A DNA stretch of 64,000 bases. It comes from Eledone cirrhosa (lineage: Eukaryota). Position 1 is the stretch's first letter; the number at the start of each line of letters is the position of its first letter. Position numbers and translations under genes: made by a program. The stretch lies in contig OZ024750.1 in assembly GCA_964016885.1 (NCBI GenBank), positions 1,116,001-1,180,000 on the forward strand, written 5' to 3'. This document shows, piece after piece, positions 1 to 14,736 of the stretch. Below the pieces are notes generated by a model that worked only from the letters and a program-made list of their open reading frames with translations, ran no database searches and was not told the origin of the DNA.

Positions 1-2
1 GA

Positions 3-44
<42 letters not shown>

Positions 45-111
45 CAGCAGCAGTAGTATTTTCAAAAACGGAGATAGAGAGGAAAGGGAGAGAATGCGGG
101 AGGAATAGTGA

Positions 112-185
<74 letters not shown>

Positions 186-1701
186 CAACTCCAGTACTGG
201 TCTGATACTTTATATATCAACAGATATAAAAGTCCAAGTTGACCTCTACTTTGGTTTTAACTCGAACAACGCAGAGAACTAAAACAAATATTCGATGTTC
301 TGACGACATTGTCACAATTTACCGTCCATATATTATATATTATTTATTTAATTTCAATTTCCATATATTATTTATTTAATTTCAATTCATACACTCACAG
401 CTTGGTGGAGTTAGTGAGAAGAGGAAATTCATGATCTGCTTTATTTTATATGACTTCGTTCGTTGATAGTTGACTGTGTGTTCTGGAGAAGTTCATCGGC
501 CTTTGACTTATCAAAGAACGTATACAGAAACTCCTATATAGATCTTTGGTTTTATATACCTTCTTGCTGACTCCCAGAATAACAACAAAGCTTTTCAAAT
601 AAAATATAGAATATGAGAAATCTGCTATTATCACTGATTTGTATAGTTGGGTAATAATTTTATATCTTGTGATCGTTACTGGAAGAGACTCCTGAAATAA
701 CTCCAGTCCAGTGTCTCTAAGTTATGTGTTAATAATCCGGTTGTATTGATTTCTCACATTAGCACAATGTCACCAGAGAGTTGATTAAATCGATCCCAAT
801 ACGTGCCTAGCAATTACAATATTGAATCTGGAGGGATGAAAAGAAAATGTCGGCCACAGCAGGTTTTTGAACTTAGAAAATTAAGGAATATTTCTAAATA
901 CTTTAAAGAATATAGTTTCTACAATACTCCATTTCTACACTATCTTATGTAGCCCTCACTCTATCTCAAGTATCGGTTGCTTCACACACCTGCGGATATC
1001 TCAACACAAATATTTATAGCAGAAGAGGATTCAGTGCTTTATCATTGTTAGACTAAAGGCGTTTTACATTAACTTATTGTATTTCCATCACTTTTTTTCA
1101 TCACATAAAGTATTAAAATCAAATTTGCCAGCTTTAGAATCTGGAGGAGAAGACTTTATCGTTGATAAAATAAAACAATATTCTTCTAGGAAAACAGTTA
1201 TTATTAGAAAAATTAATTAAGTTAAGGAAAGTGTCAGTATATTTATCTTGACAACTAAGTTTACCATGTTAACCTATTTATTGTAGTAAAATACTGATTG
1301 ACGTAAGTCTATTTCTAAACATGGATAGAAATGAAGTTTAGATTCAAAACAAAGTCAATTATTGGCAGTACGTTATTGCTTGGAAGTTTTTTCTGCTGGA
1401 AATATTTTGTTTTTCTGCAAGATTATAGAAAATAAGAGAAAGAGAAAGTATTTGGTGCGGTAGTGGGGAAGATAATAGGATCAATTAGTGGAGATACAAC
1501 TAAGACTAATTAAAATACTTGTTGAAGACTTTCTAATGAAGGAAAACAAATTTAGACTGATTAAAGTATATGAGAGATATTTTGTCGGTTATAAAGTCTT
1601 ACGGAGAGGATTTATAAGCAAAACATCGATGTGAAGAGATTTATTACTGAATTTAATTTACATTATAAAAATTCATTGATTTATAGTTGTTATTATTATT
1701 A

Positions 1702-1840
1702 TTGATTGGCAGTATCGGTAGAGAGTCGGATAACATGATTTGTGGCATAGAGTTACGTCCATTTACGTTTTGAGTTCAAATCGCAGGACCGATAAAATAA
1801 AGTACCAGTAACGCACTGGGGTCGATTAAATCGACCCCCC
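1702..1840 (+). mobile_element. SINE copy with internal deletion
   Basis: TTGGCAGTATCGGTAGAG...GAGTTCAAATC...CGATAAAATAAAGTACCAG. Confidence 0.8.
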
Positions 1841-1989
1841 TAACCCTTAGATGTTAAACGATCTCAATATTTCATTTAGGGATCAGACAACAACAATGTC
1901 TTCTTTCCTGTGTCTTACACAGACAAGACTTTCCTTAAAAGACTAGCATGGAGCGAAGTATTGAACCCAATGACGTGTGGATGTATTTA

Positions 1990-2045
<56 letters not shown>

Positions 2046-2208
2046 GTGTATGTGTGTGTGTGTGTGTGTTAATGGCAGATTAAAAGTTACGAAGGTCAAG
2101 GAAAACTTAGGGATCCAAGAATCTCCTCAAAGTATAGAATCGAAGAATTATTGAATTAAATATTTTTCACAAGTTACCTATTAATTTTGACGGATATTAT
2201 GCAAGTGT

Positions 2209-2275
<67 letters not shown>

Positions 2276-2400
2276 TATATACATATATATACATATATAT
2301 ATATATACATATAAACATACACATATATATATACATATATATATATATATACATATAAACATACACATATATATACATATATATATATACATATAAACAT

Positions 2401-2463
<63 letters not shown>

Positions 2464-2589
2464 AGATGTTAATAACTTTCATTAAACATTTTATATGTAA
2501 ATATTCATATATATGTGCGTACATATGCGCACGTATATATGAAGCCACTTAAACACACACACATACATTCACACACACACGCACATACA

Positions 2590-2915
2590 CGCAGTTGTAC
2601 AGCTGTATACACATATATACACAGTTGTACAGCTGTATATACATATATACACAGTTGTACAGCTGTATACACATATATACACAGTTGTACAGCTGTATAT
2701 ACATATATATACAGTTGTACAGCTGTATATACATATATATACACACAGTTGTACAGCTGTATATACATATATATACACACAGTTGTACAGCTGTATATAC
2801 ACATATATACACACAGTTGTACAGCTGTATATACACATATATACACACAGTTGTACAGCTGTATATACATATATATACACACAGTTGTACAGCTGTATAT
2901 ATACATATATACACA
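2590..2915. repeat. 30-32-bp minisatellite containing the palindrome TACAGCTGTA
   Basis: ACACAGTTGTACAGCTGTATATACATATAT repeated about 10 times. Confidence 0.95.
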
Positions 2916-3154
2916 CAACGCTGATTTGAATGATAACTTCATGTTTATGGGTCGGAATAGTTTGTTCTGGAAATTTCCCAGCAGATACATCTAAGCATTT
3001 ATAACATCAATGATATTCCCCCCCCCCCACACAACACACACACGTCTACCAAACACAAAGACGTACAAACACACACACACACAGACACACATTCAAACAC
3101 ACGCATACACACACTCACCTCCTCACTCTGTCTCGCTTTATATATATATATATT

Positions 3155-3222
<68 letters not shown>

Positions 3223-3357
3223 TATACACACTCACAATACCTACACTACTGAACACACAAGACACACAAAACCTACAAAATATAAGACGACACTTTATTC
3301 TGTGAATATATATAGTGTCGTTTATCTGGGTTAAACATTCTCACAAGGAGAGAGTGA

Positions 3358-3872
3358 AATATAGAGAATAACAGCAGTAACAATATAGAGAATAACAGCA
3401 GTAACAATATAGAGAATAACAGCAGTAACAATATAGAGAATAACAGCAATAACAATATAGAGAATAACAGCAATAACAATATAGAGAATAACAGCAATAA
3501 CAATATAGAGAATAACAGCAGTAACAATATAGAGAATAACAGCAATAACAATATAGAGAATAACAGCAGTAACAATATAGAGAATAACAGCAATAACAAT
3601 ATAGAGAATAACAGCAGTAACAATATAGAGAATAACAGCAATAACAATATAGAGAATAACAGCAATAACAATATAGAGAATAACAGCAATAACAATATAG
3701 AGAATAACAGCAATAACAATATAGAGAATAACAGCAATAACAATATAGAGAATAACAGCAATAACAATATAGAGAATAACAGCAATAACAATATAGAGAA
3801 TAACAGCAATAACAATAACAATATAGAGAATAACAGCAATAACAATAACAATATAGAGAATAACAGCAATAA
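3358..3872. repeat. 24-bp minisatellite
   Basis: CAATATAGAGAATAACAGCA(G/A)TAA repeated about 20 times. Confidence 0.95.
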
Positions 3873-3975
3873 CTGTTTCTACTTTAGGCACAAGGCCAGC
3901 AATTACCCAGTGCATTACTGGTACTTTATTTTATCGACCCCGTAAAGATGAAAGCCAAAGTCAACCTCGGCGAGT
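3873..3975 (-). mobile_element. 5'-truncated SINE copy within the 24-bp array
   Basis: Reverse complement of the 3' half of the 12708 copy. Confidence 0.8.
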
Positions 3976-4159
3976 AATAACAATAACAATATAGAGAATA
4001 ACAGCAATAACAACAGCAATAACAATAACTATAAAATATAAAGAGAATAACAACAACAACAATAACAATAATAAAATATAGAGAATAAAATAATAAAATT
4101 AAATATAAACAAAAAACAAAATGTGGAGAACAAACGACGTTTTAAATGCCGCATTATAA

Positions 4160-4740
4160 GGTGATGATGGTGATGATGATGTCGATGACGTCAACGACGA
4201 CATGATGTTGATGATAGTACTGATGGTGGTGTTGGTGTTGGTGTTGTTGGTGGTGTTGGTGGTGTTGGTGGTGGTGGTGTTGGTGGGGGTGTTGTTGTTG
4301 ATGTTGGTGGTGGAGGTGTTGGTGGTGTTGGTGTTGTTGGTGGTGTTGGTGTTGGTGTTGTTGGTGGAGGTGTTGTTGGTGTTGTTGGTGGTGTTGGTGT
4401 TGGTGTTGTTGGTGGAGGTGTTGTTGGTGTTGTTGGTGGTGTTGGTGGTGTTGGTGGTGTTGGTGTTGTTGGTGGTGTTGGTGGTGGGAGTGTTGTTGTT
4501 GATGTTGTTGGTGTTGTTGGTGGTGTTGGTGTTGGTGTTGGTGGTGTTGGTGGGGGTGTTGTTGGTGGGGTGTTGTTGTTGATGTTGGTGTTGGTGTTGG
4601 TGTTGTTGGTGGTGTTGGTTGTGGTGGGGGTGTTGGTGTTGTTGGTGGTGTTGGTGGTGGTGGGGTGTTGGTGTTGTTGGTGTTGGTGTTGTTGGTGGTG
4701 TTGGTGGTGGGGGTGTTGTTGTTGTTGGTGTTGTTGCTGT
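4160..4740. repeat. (GGT/GTT)n trinucleotide low-complexity tract
   Basis: Direct reading. Confidence 0.9.
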
Positions 4741-5199
4741 CATTGCTGTCTATCTTCCGGGTATCTCTGGTGAAGTAGAAATATGGTTCAAAGCGTTCTG
4801 GCCGTGACCATACTGACATTTTAGGTGTATATAATGCCACATTATCCAACACCAAGGTCAACAGCAACAACAACAATACAAACAAGGCCAACAACACCAA
4901 CGCCAAGACAACAACAACCCCAGTAATAACAACGACACCAGCAACAACAACAACCCCAGTAACAACAACAACAACAACACCAGTAACAACACTAACAAAA
5001 AGACCAGCAACAACACAATGATAATGATGGTGACGATGACGATGATGCCGATGACGTTGACGATGATGCCGATGACGTTGCAACGTTCACGATACTAATT
5101 AAAAATGAAAATAAAAAAATACTCTACAAAATAAAATGAAAAAAAAACACAAACAAAAACAAAATCAAAAACAAAACAAAAGCCGAGAAAAATATGAAT

Positions 5200-5545
5200 G
5201 GTTTCTAATTTAAGCACAAGGCCAGCAATTATGGGGAAGGGGAAAGTCAATTTATCTCGACCCTAGTATATAACTGGTACTTTATTTCACCAATCCCGGT
5301 GGGATGTGAAGTTAGGACATTAAAGAGGTGTACATTAAACAGTGCAAAGTATTTTGACAAATACTTTAACGATTCTACCCCCACCCTTATTGGTTTCTTA
5401 TATAGCCATAACACCAGCAAATTTAGGGAGGGGAACGGGAAGGCAAAGTTATTTAGTTAAACCCCAATAGTTGACTGGTACTGTATTGATCACAGAAGGA
5501 CGAAAAACATAATAGACCCCGGCACGGTTTGAACTTAGAACAGAA
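5200..5545 (-). mobile_element. Two older, diverged SINE copies in tandem
   Basis: GGTTTCTAATTTAAGCACAAGGCCAGCAA...CTGGTACTTTATT, and a second CCAGCAAATTT...CTGGTACTGTATT...TTTGAACTTAGAAC. Confidence 0.6.
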
Positions 5546-5569
5546 GAAGCCAGATCAGATACTACAAAA

Positions 5570-7596
5570 TGTGTGTGGTGTGTGGTGTGGTGTGTGGTGT
5601 GGTGTGTGGTGTGTGGTGTGGTGTGTGGTGTGTGGTGTGTGGTGTGTGGTGTGTGGTGTGGTGTGTGGTGTGGTGTGGTGTGTGTTGTGGTGTGTGGTGT
5701 GGTGTGTAGTGTGTAGTGTGTTGTGTGGTGTGTGGTGTGGTGTGGTGTGTGGTGTGTGGTGTGGTGTGGTGTGGTGTGTGGTGTGTAGTGTGTTGTGTGG
5801 TGTGGGGTGTGTGGTGTGGTGTGTAGTGTGGTGTGGTGTGTGGTGTGGTGTGTAGTGTGTAGTGTGTTGTGTGGTGTGTGGTGTGTTGTGTGGTGTGTGG
5901 TGTGTAGTGTGTGGTGTGTGGTGTGTGGTGTGGTGTGATGTGGTGTGTGGTGTGTAGTGTGTTGTGTGGTGTGTGATGTGTGTGGTGTGATGTGTGGTGT
6001 GTGTGGTGTGTGGTGTGGTGTGTGGTGTGGTGTGTGTGGTGTGATGTGTGTGGTGTGATGTGTGATGTGTGGTGTGTGGTGTGATGTGTGTGGTGTGATG
6101 TGTGTGGTGTGATGTGTGTGGTGTGATGTGTGATGTGTGTGGTGTGATGTGTGGTGTGTGTGGTGTGATGTGTGATGTGTGTGGTGTGATGTGTGGTGTG
6201 TGTGGTGTGATGTGTGATGTGTGTGGTGTGATGTGTGTGGTGTGATGTGTGATGTGTGTGGTGTGATGTGTGTGGTCTGATGTGTGATGTGTGTGGTCTG
6301 ATGTGTGTGGTGTGATGTGTGTGGTGTGATGTGTGGTGTGTGGTGTGATGTGTGTGGTCTGATGTGTGATGTGTGTGGTGTGATGTGTGTGGTGTGATGT
6401 GTGTGGTGTGATGTGTGGTGTGTGTGGTGTGATGTGTGTGGTGTGATGTGTGTGGTGTGATGTGATGTGTGGTGTGTGTGGTGTGATGTGTGATGTGTGT
6501 GGTCTGATGTGTGTGGTGTGATGTGTGATGTGTGTGGTGTGATGTGTGTGGTGTGATGTGTGTGGTGTGATGTGTGATGTGTGTGGTGTGATGTGTGTGG
6601 TCTGATGTGTGATGTGTGTGGTGTGATGTGTGTGGTGTGATGTGTGATGTGTGTGGTGTGATGTGTGTGGTGTGATGTGTGATGTGTGTGGTGTGATGTG
6701 TGGTGTGTGTGGTGTGATGTGTGTGGTGTGATGTGTGTGGTGTGATGTGTGGTGTGTGTGTGGTGTGATGTGTGGTGTGTGTGGTGTGATGTGTGGTGTG
6801 TGTGGTGTGATGTGTAATGTGTGTGGTGTGATGTGTGGTGTGTGTGGTGTGATGTGATGTGTGTGGTGTGATGTGTGGTTGATGTGTGATGTGTGTGGTC
6901 TGATGTGTGTGTGTGTGGTCTGATGTGTGGTGTGTGGTGTGATGTGTGGTGTGTGTGTGGTGTGATGTGTGTGTGTGATGTGTGGTGTGATGTGTGTGGT
7001 GTGATGTGTGGTGTGTGGTGTAATGTGTGTGGTGTGATGTGTGGTGTGTGGTGTGATGTGTGTGGTGTGATGTGTGGTGTGTGGTGTGATGTGTGATGTG
7101 TGTGGTGTGATGTGTGATGTGTGGTGTGATGTGTGTGGTGTGATGTGTGATGTGTGTGGTGTGATGTGTGTGGTGTGATGTGTGGTGTGATGTGTGATGT
7201 GTGTGGTCTGATGTGTGGTGTGTGGTGTGATGTGTGATGTGTGTGGTCTGATGTGTGGTGTGTGGGTGTGATGTGTGTGGTGTGATGTGTGATGTGTGTG
7301 GTGTGATGTGTGTGGTGTGATGTGTGGTGTGATGTGTGTGGTGTGATGTGTGGTGTGTGGTGTGATGTGTGATGTGTGTGGTGTGATGTGTGATGTGTGT
7401 GGTGTGATGTGTGATGTGTGTGGTGTGATGTGTGTGGTGTGATGTGTGGTGTGTGGTGTGATGTGTGTGGTGTGATGTGTGGTGTGTGGTGTGATGTGTG
7501 TGGTGTGATGTGTGGTGTGATGTGTGATGTGTGTGGTGTGATGTGTGATGTGTGTGGTGTGATGTGTGATGTGTGTGGTCTGATGTGTGTGGTGTG
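5570..7596. repeat. 2-kb GTGTG/GTGAT pentamer-derived satellite
   Basis: Direct reading; it accounts for the spurious 731-aa His/Thr/Pro ORF. Confidence 0.95.
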
Positions 7597-7654
7597 AAAT
7601 GCGTGTAATGTGGAAATATACGGCAAACTGTTGAGTGACTGCAATGTTAGAGAG

Positions 7655-7758
<104 letters not shown>

Positions 7759-7909
7759 TGGTGAGAATTAGGTGAACATTAGATGTAGTAGCATCGTTGT
7801 AGAGTTAGAAGGTGTTTACTAGTTGGATTGGAGAGAGAGAAGACGAGAGAGATGTAGAAAGCAAGAGAGAAAGAGAGAGCGGGAGGAGTAGAGAGAGAGG
7901 AGGCAAAGT

Positions 7910-7955
<46 letters not shown>

Positions 7956-8571
7956 TATATATATGTGTATATATATATATTTGTGTGCGAGTGTATATAT
8001 ATATATATGTATATATACCCTGTTGATTTGAGAGAGAGTATATCTGAAATACTGTAGTTATAGTATTACAATAGAGCTGTACACATGCTCTACATTAACT
8101 CTATGTTATATACGATGGTAAATCATTTGTTTTTTTATAGCGCAGCGTGTTGACATTTTAATTGCTTTAATAACCTTATAATTGGAGAGTCTTGTATGTA
8201 TTATAGACAACTACACAGTGTCTTTGTTTCGGTAAATTCCTTTGTATTAATAGTTACATATTTCATAATGTAACATTAGAAGAGAATATAGAACATTCTC
8301 CTTTTGTCGAAGTCTTATCACTTGTCACCACGAAAAGGCGTGTCATAGCTTTACTGTAACTGCTCTCTATATGTGCTCACATGCACACATACACACATGC
8401 ACACACACATATTCACAGAAATGCATGTACCCTTTCAGAGATTCACCAAAACTTGCCGCTAGGCTTTAATTATCCTTCTGTAACTAGAGGCAAATGTCGA
8501 GAGTTTTATTACGTACAATATTTCGTACATTACCACCGAAACTGTCTACATTCATTGCGTTGATGCACGAA

Positions 8572-8840
8572 ATTGGTTCAGTGTTGAAATATATCATCAT
8601 ATTCTTCCCGTAATCGGAGTGCTATTACTCTCGACGTTCTGGAGATCAGAAATTGCTACTGATCTCTGCACTTCGTCATGCGCAGTAGGGTTCTATTATT
8701 GTGACATTGGTTCAATATAGAAATATATCCTCATAATTTTCCCGTAGTTGGGGTGCTACTCTGGACGTTCTGGAAGTCAGCAATGATTACTAATCCCTGC
8801 CCTTCGTCATACGATGAAGGGTAACATTATTACGACCTCT
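8572..8840. repeat. Old diverged tandem duplication (~135-bp unit)
   Basis: ATTGGTTCA..GAAATATATC.TCATA..TTCCCGTA...GACGTTCTGGA...CTTCGTCAT at ~8572 and ~8707. Confidence 0.7.
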
Positions 8841-10770
8841 CCAACCCTTGCAGTTGTCGGACCCGGATGTTCTTTGTCTGCCTCTTTTTCAACTTCCTTC
8901 AACTGTTCCACCACCATTTTTGCATTCCTCGTTTTGCTTCTACTCTCTCTTATCTTAAATATCATCATCGTCAGCAACAGCAATACCGAATCAGCGAGGA
9001 GATTTGGCTACTATTTCTTGCAGCCAAACCTTCCTATTTGGACGAGAGGTCGTGGCTGGATACATGTCTGAACCAGGGAAGCTTTTGTCTTTACACATTT
9101 ACAAGAAGTGGTTTCTACCTGTCAGAATATTTCATAATTTGCTGTCACACAAATATTATACTACTCGTAAAATTCTCCGTTCACTGATGGAGCCTGCTTG
9201 AAAAACTTGTACCAATGAAGCTTAATTAGACTGAAACTTCCGTAGCTGCCATGTTTTCTACTAGCAAATGTCATATATTCACAATAAGCATGAAACATCA
9301 AATGTTCTATGCATTTCAACGAAGTCGATGTCCCTCATCTATGAAATAACATAAGGGACATTTCTTGAATGTTATATCTAACGTAATGTAGCTAACCAAC
9401 TTTCAATTTCCTTCCGGTATATCTTAGATAAAAAGATAGAAGAGAGAATACATATATATTCGAGTTCTAGTGCAGTATGATTAATGTTATCAGAACAAAA
9501 TCACATCTTATTTCTTTTTCATCTGAAGAGTGTTAAATAATTTTATCAGCAACAGAAAACGGTTATGCACTTTCTTTGGCCGCCATAACCGTTCAAGTAG
9601 AAATTTGACATTCATTAACCTCAACTTTACAACCGAACATCGTAATAGACCTATTTATTTATCTATTTATTTATTTGTTTATTTATTGTCTTTTAGATTT
9701 AGGTACAAGAACTATATTATGAAATGAGCAAAAACACGTACAGAATCGCAAACGCACACGCTTTCGCAAAAACATTCACACATACATACGTGCATACATA
9801 AATACATATATACTTACATACATACATAAATACATGCATAGATAGATAGATAGATACATACATACATACTTAATACTTATATACATTCATACATGCTTAG
9901 ATACATACATAGATTCATACATGAATACATTCATATAATACACGCACTATACAGTTTATTTCTTAGCCAGTCCGGGACAGAATCGCAATATTTGAAAGGT
10001 TAAAAAAGCATAGGCTTTGTTTCAAAGGTTAGGAAAAACAACTTAAATAACGTGTTAAATATCAGAATCACTGGAAATGACTCTCATTATTTAGGTTTTA
10101 TTCTCTTGAATGAACAATGAATATATAACGGTATAGTGAAGATCTTTTAGTGACATGCCTGATGATATCTATGAATGAACAGGCGTGTTCAATAGCCAGC
10201 ACTTTATCATATTGCTATATAAACCACAGTTTTGAAGCAGCTTTATCTACTGAAGTCGTGTTTCTTTAAAGGAATTAATAATCTTTAATAAGGGTTTCAA
10301 TATATACTTCTAGATCATTAGTTTTAATGTCAGAGTGTGACACAGGCTTGCCGAATAATAACCAACATTTACATTATCATATTCCTATATAAACCAATAT
10401 TTTGAAGCAGCTTTACCTACTGAAGTATTTTTTTAAAGGAATTAACCCTATTTCCATCATTTTATAACTTTTGTCCAATAAATACAAGTTTTTTTCTATA
10501 AAATTAAAAAATATATTACAACGTTTCTAATATATGCATATATATTTTTATTGATATTTTCTGTATTTTTTCCCTATTTTTGAAGAGAGCTTTTGGTATT
10601 GGTTGTGGTTTCGGAACTAACTGTTCCTAGGTAGTTATATTTTAATTGATGCAATAACGATGTTCTGGAACATATAATATGTCTGTATTATATTGTATGT
10701 ATATATGTATGTATGTATAAGTATATATATATATGTGCATATAATCTGATTCTACATCTCCCTCTCTCTC

Positions 10771-10772
<2 letters not shown>

Positions 10773-10845
<73 letters not shown>

Positions 10846-11612
10846 GTATATATATGTATATATATATATGTATATATATGTATATATATATATGTATATA
10901 TATATATATGTATATATATGTATATGTATATATATGTTTATATATATATGTATATATATGTATATATATATATGTATATATATGTATATATATATGTATA
11001 TATATGTATATATATATATGTATATATATGTATATATATATATGTATATATATATATGTATATATATATATTTATATTTATATATATATATATATGTATA
11101 TATATGTATATATATATATGTATATTTATATATATATATATATGTATATATATGTATATATGTATATATGTATATATATATGTATATATATATATGTATA
11201 TATATATGTATATGTATATATATATATGTATATATATGTATATATATATATATGTATATATATGTATATATGTATATATATGTATATATATATGTATATA
11301 TATATATATTTATATGTATATATATATATTTATATATATATATATATATTTATATGTATATATATATTTATATGTATATATATATATATATATGTATATA
11401 TATGTATATATATATATGTATATATATGTATATATATATATATGTATATATATGTATATATATATATGTATATATATGTATATATTTATATGTATATATA
11501 TGTATATATATATATGTATATATATGTATATATTTATATGTATATATATGTATATATATATATATTTATATGTATATATATGTATATATATATATTTATA
11601 TGTATATATATG

Positions 11613-11645
<33 letters not shown>

Positions 11646-11658
11646 TTATATTTATATA

Positions 11659-11750
<92 letters not shown>
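10773..11750. repeat. Long interrupted (TA)n array (similar arrays at 29090-29935, 35577-37220, 45468-46155, 46670-47018, 57000-57515)
   Basis: Direct reading. Confidence 0.95.
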
Positions 11751-12599
11751 TGTATGTATGTGCGGTCTATTATACATTATTATTAATGAATTTTAAACAA
11801 AAGACTTTAATAGATAAAATATTTTTGATGTAACATAAAACATTTAATTAGAGTCTCAAAACATTCCTTTATTCCTAAAATAATAAAATATTTACTTCGT
11901 TAATAAATATATTTATTTAGAACTTAATTGTATTTAAACATTATATTGTGTGTATGAATATTAAATTCTTTCGAACAACATACTCGGAAAGTACAGTCCA
12001 ACAGTCTGAGAACTCCTTAGAAACGAACACCCTTAAAAATGTTTTCAGGGAGGTTCCTCATGACAAAACTGAGACAGATTTGGATCTTTGAATACCTATA
12101 TATATATATATATATATATATATGAATTTATAAACACATGTGGTGAATTATTATAGTTGATAATTCTTTCTGTAGTTTCAACATTGTTGCTAGGATATTT
12201 CTAAACCTTACCAATATTTACCGTATTGTAAATAGATACCATAGATAAATAACGTTAAAGTAAACTACAGTTTCACCAAATATTTCGCTGTTTCCACAGT
12301 TAATATAAACAACATCAAACATCTTCAGTTTTTATCTAATTGTAACAACTTTTATATCTTCTCAATGAAATGTGTCATCGTCGAGGGTTAGTTTATCAAG
12401 TTAATGTCTTTCTTTTAAAATAATTGCACAGTAATATATTGCAAGAATGACTAAGTAAAAGAAATAGAAAATAATCGCTCATAATTTCTTATTTACCTCC
12501 GCTTTGTCTTACTTGATTCACATCATTAATAGATGAATGTAAAAGGGACAAAACAATTCAACGTAATACTCATAGCTTCCACACTGAGACACACAATCC

Positions 12600-12666
12600 A
12601 GCCCAGCAATCGAACCCACGACATAATGATCGTAAGTCCAACACCCTTTCCACTTGGCCATGCGAC
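12600..12666 (-). mobile_element. tRNA-like head of a second SINE family (second copy at 52560-52631)
   Basis: Minus strand reads GCATGGCCAAGTGGAAAGGGTGTTGGACT...GTGGGTTCGATTGC (A and B boxes) without an intact acceptor stem. Near-identical motif at 52560-52631. Confidence 0.65.
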
Positions 12667-12707
12667 TGCTCCTCTCTCTCAATACGAATAATTATATATT
12701 TACGTAA

Positions 12708-12893
12708 GGGCGGTGGATTGGTAGTATCGGTAAAGGGTCGGACGCCATGCTTTGCAGCAATGAGTTACGGCTCTTTATGGTCTGAGTTCAAATCCCGCCG
12801 AGGTTAACTTTGCCTTTCATCCTTACAGGGTCGATAAAATAAAGTACCAGTAATACACTGGGTAATTGCTGGCCTTGTGCTAAACGTAGAAAC

Positions 12894-12897
<4 letters not shown>
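12708..12897 (+). mobile_element. tRNA-derived SINE (dominant family in the window)
   Basis: A-box-like TGGTAGTATCGG, B-box-like GAGTTCAAATCCC, body GCCTTTCATCC...GTCGATAAAATAAAGTACCAG, tail GGCCTTGTGC..TAGAAACAATTA. Many copies in the window. Confidence 0.85.
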
Positions 12898-12945
<48 letters not shown>

Positions 12946-13312
12946 GTATCTCCACCTGTTATACTTTTCAACGAAATATAAAGATAACAGTTTAATACAT
13001 GATGTAAAATTTGTTCACATATTTACTAAATCGAGGTATTTGTCCATCCCCGCAAAACTGAAATAGGAGACACATCCTAAGTTTATATAATGAAGCTTTA
13101 AATCCGTCTATTATAAGTATTTCGAGAGCTTCTCAATTTGAATTAAGTCGTCTAAGGATTCTGATGTGTAGTTGCATTGTTTACATTGAGAAAAATATGA
13201 GACTAAGATTATCTGTCAAAGAGAATTTCTAAGTTTTATCACAGATTGTTACTAGAATTGTTGATTGTCACATCTGTCCTCGGTTTAGAAACGTATTTTG
13301 GTTTGGCTATTC

Positions 13313-13502
13313 TGGTGTGGATTGGAAGTATCGGTAGAGGGTCATACACCATGCTTTGACGCATAGAGTTACGGCCCTTGCCAATCTGAGTTCAAATCGC
13401 GCCGAGGTTAACTTTGCCTTTCATCCTTACGGGGTCGATAAAATAAAGTACAAGTAATGCACTGGGTAATGGCTGGCCTTGTACCAAAAGTAGAAACAAT
13501 TA
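13313..13502 (+). mobile_element. SINE copy
   Basis: Collinear with 12708-12897. It is followed by an older related copy at ~13510-13730. Confidence 0.85.
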
Positions 13503-14179
13503 TTTGTATTGACAGAATCGTTAGAGCGCCGAGAGAACTGAACTGCTTTGAGGAAATTTGTTCTAGCTCTTTACGTTTTCAATACAAAACCAGCTCAGAG
13601 CAAAAGTATATTTTATTGTTTCGGGATCTATTAAATAAAGTATCGATCGAATACTGAGGTCGGTCAAATAAATTCACTTTCTCCTTCTCTCAGAATTGCT
13701 GGCCTTGTTCGTAAATAAGAAACCATTATCTGTATAAACTCCTGCTTGTTTTCTGGAGTGTCAAATGAAAGTAGTTAGGAAACTGTCTTTTAGAAGTTCT
13801 ACACTTCAGCATCAGGACCAAACTTTGTTTACATCAAAGTTACTACAAAACACAGGTAATGCTTTTGTTTTTAGAATATCTATATTCAAGTGAAATTGAA
13901 GAGGTTCTGTATTTTCCAATTCTCGCTTTGCAGCCTTTTCTAGTGACTCTTTGGCAAAAGGAATTTTATTATCTTAATGTAAACACTGTCCTGTTAAGTG
14001 GCTCTTAGCAAAATATGTTTGATCCAAAGGCATTACGGTACTTAAACGAAAGGATTATAATAAATGTCAAAGTTCTTCAAATGAGAATGCAATGTTGTTA
14101 TGACACTGTTAGAATCATAATACAAGTACATAAAACACCACGAAACACATGAATGAATTGATTTTATATTGGTATTGTA

Positions 14180-14420
<241 letters not shown>

Positions 14421-14736
14421 ATAAGTAAGAAAGAGAAACAGAAGAATCAACAGAGGAAGAATTAACCCAAATACTAGACTAGTACTTTTTTTATCGACCT
14501 CGAATGGATGAAAGGCAAAGATAAGAATATCAATTCACATTTTGTCTAAACCTACGTTAACGTTGACAGCGAGGCACCCATGCCTCCTCCGTGCCTCATC
14601 TCTCGTAACGTATTCCCTGTGGCTTGTCCTCATGAAACGTCAATCGTCCCCAGGGAAATTTACTCAGTAGAGCTGTATGTTGAAGAGGTATCAAGGCTTT
14701 AGCGTGAGTATCTTCATGAAAAACATTGAGTGGCTT

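Noticed and set aside
4154-5083. PERF motif suggesting cytochrome P450 or reflectin
   Set aside because: No ExxR or haem-binding Cys motif, no Met-rich reflectin repeat, no ATG start; flanked by simple repeats.
5449-7644. 731-aa His/Thr/Pro ORF
   Set aside because: Translation of a pentamer satellite whose minus strand happens to lack stops; it ends inside a SINE.
8814-9201. Cluster of short ORFs in a slightly GC-richer segment
   Set aside because: Multiple stops on the more coding-like minus strand and no recognisable motif; possibly a decayed TE.
10844-11833. Long YI/IY/CV ORFs here and at 29244-30028, 45414-46256, 46594-47074, 56965-57617
   Set aside because: (TA)n/(CA)n microsatellites; open in many frames on both strands.
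12600-12666. tRNA gene (also 52560-52631 and ~35500-35550)
   Set aside because: A/B boxes are present but no intact cloverleaf or acceptor stem; better explained as SINE heads.
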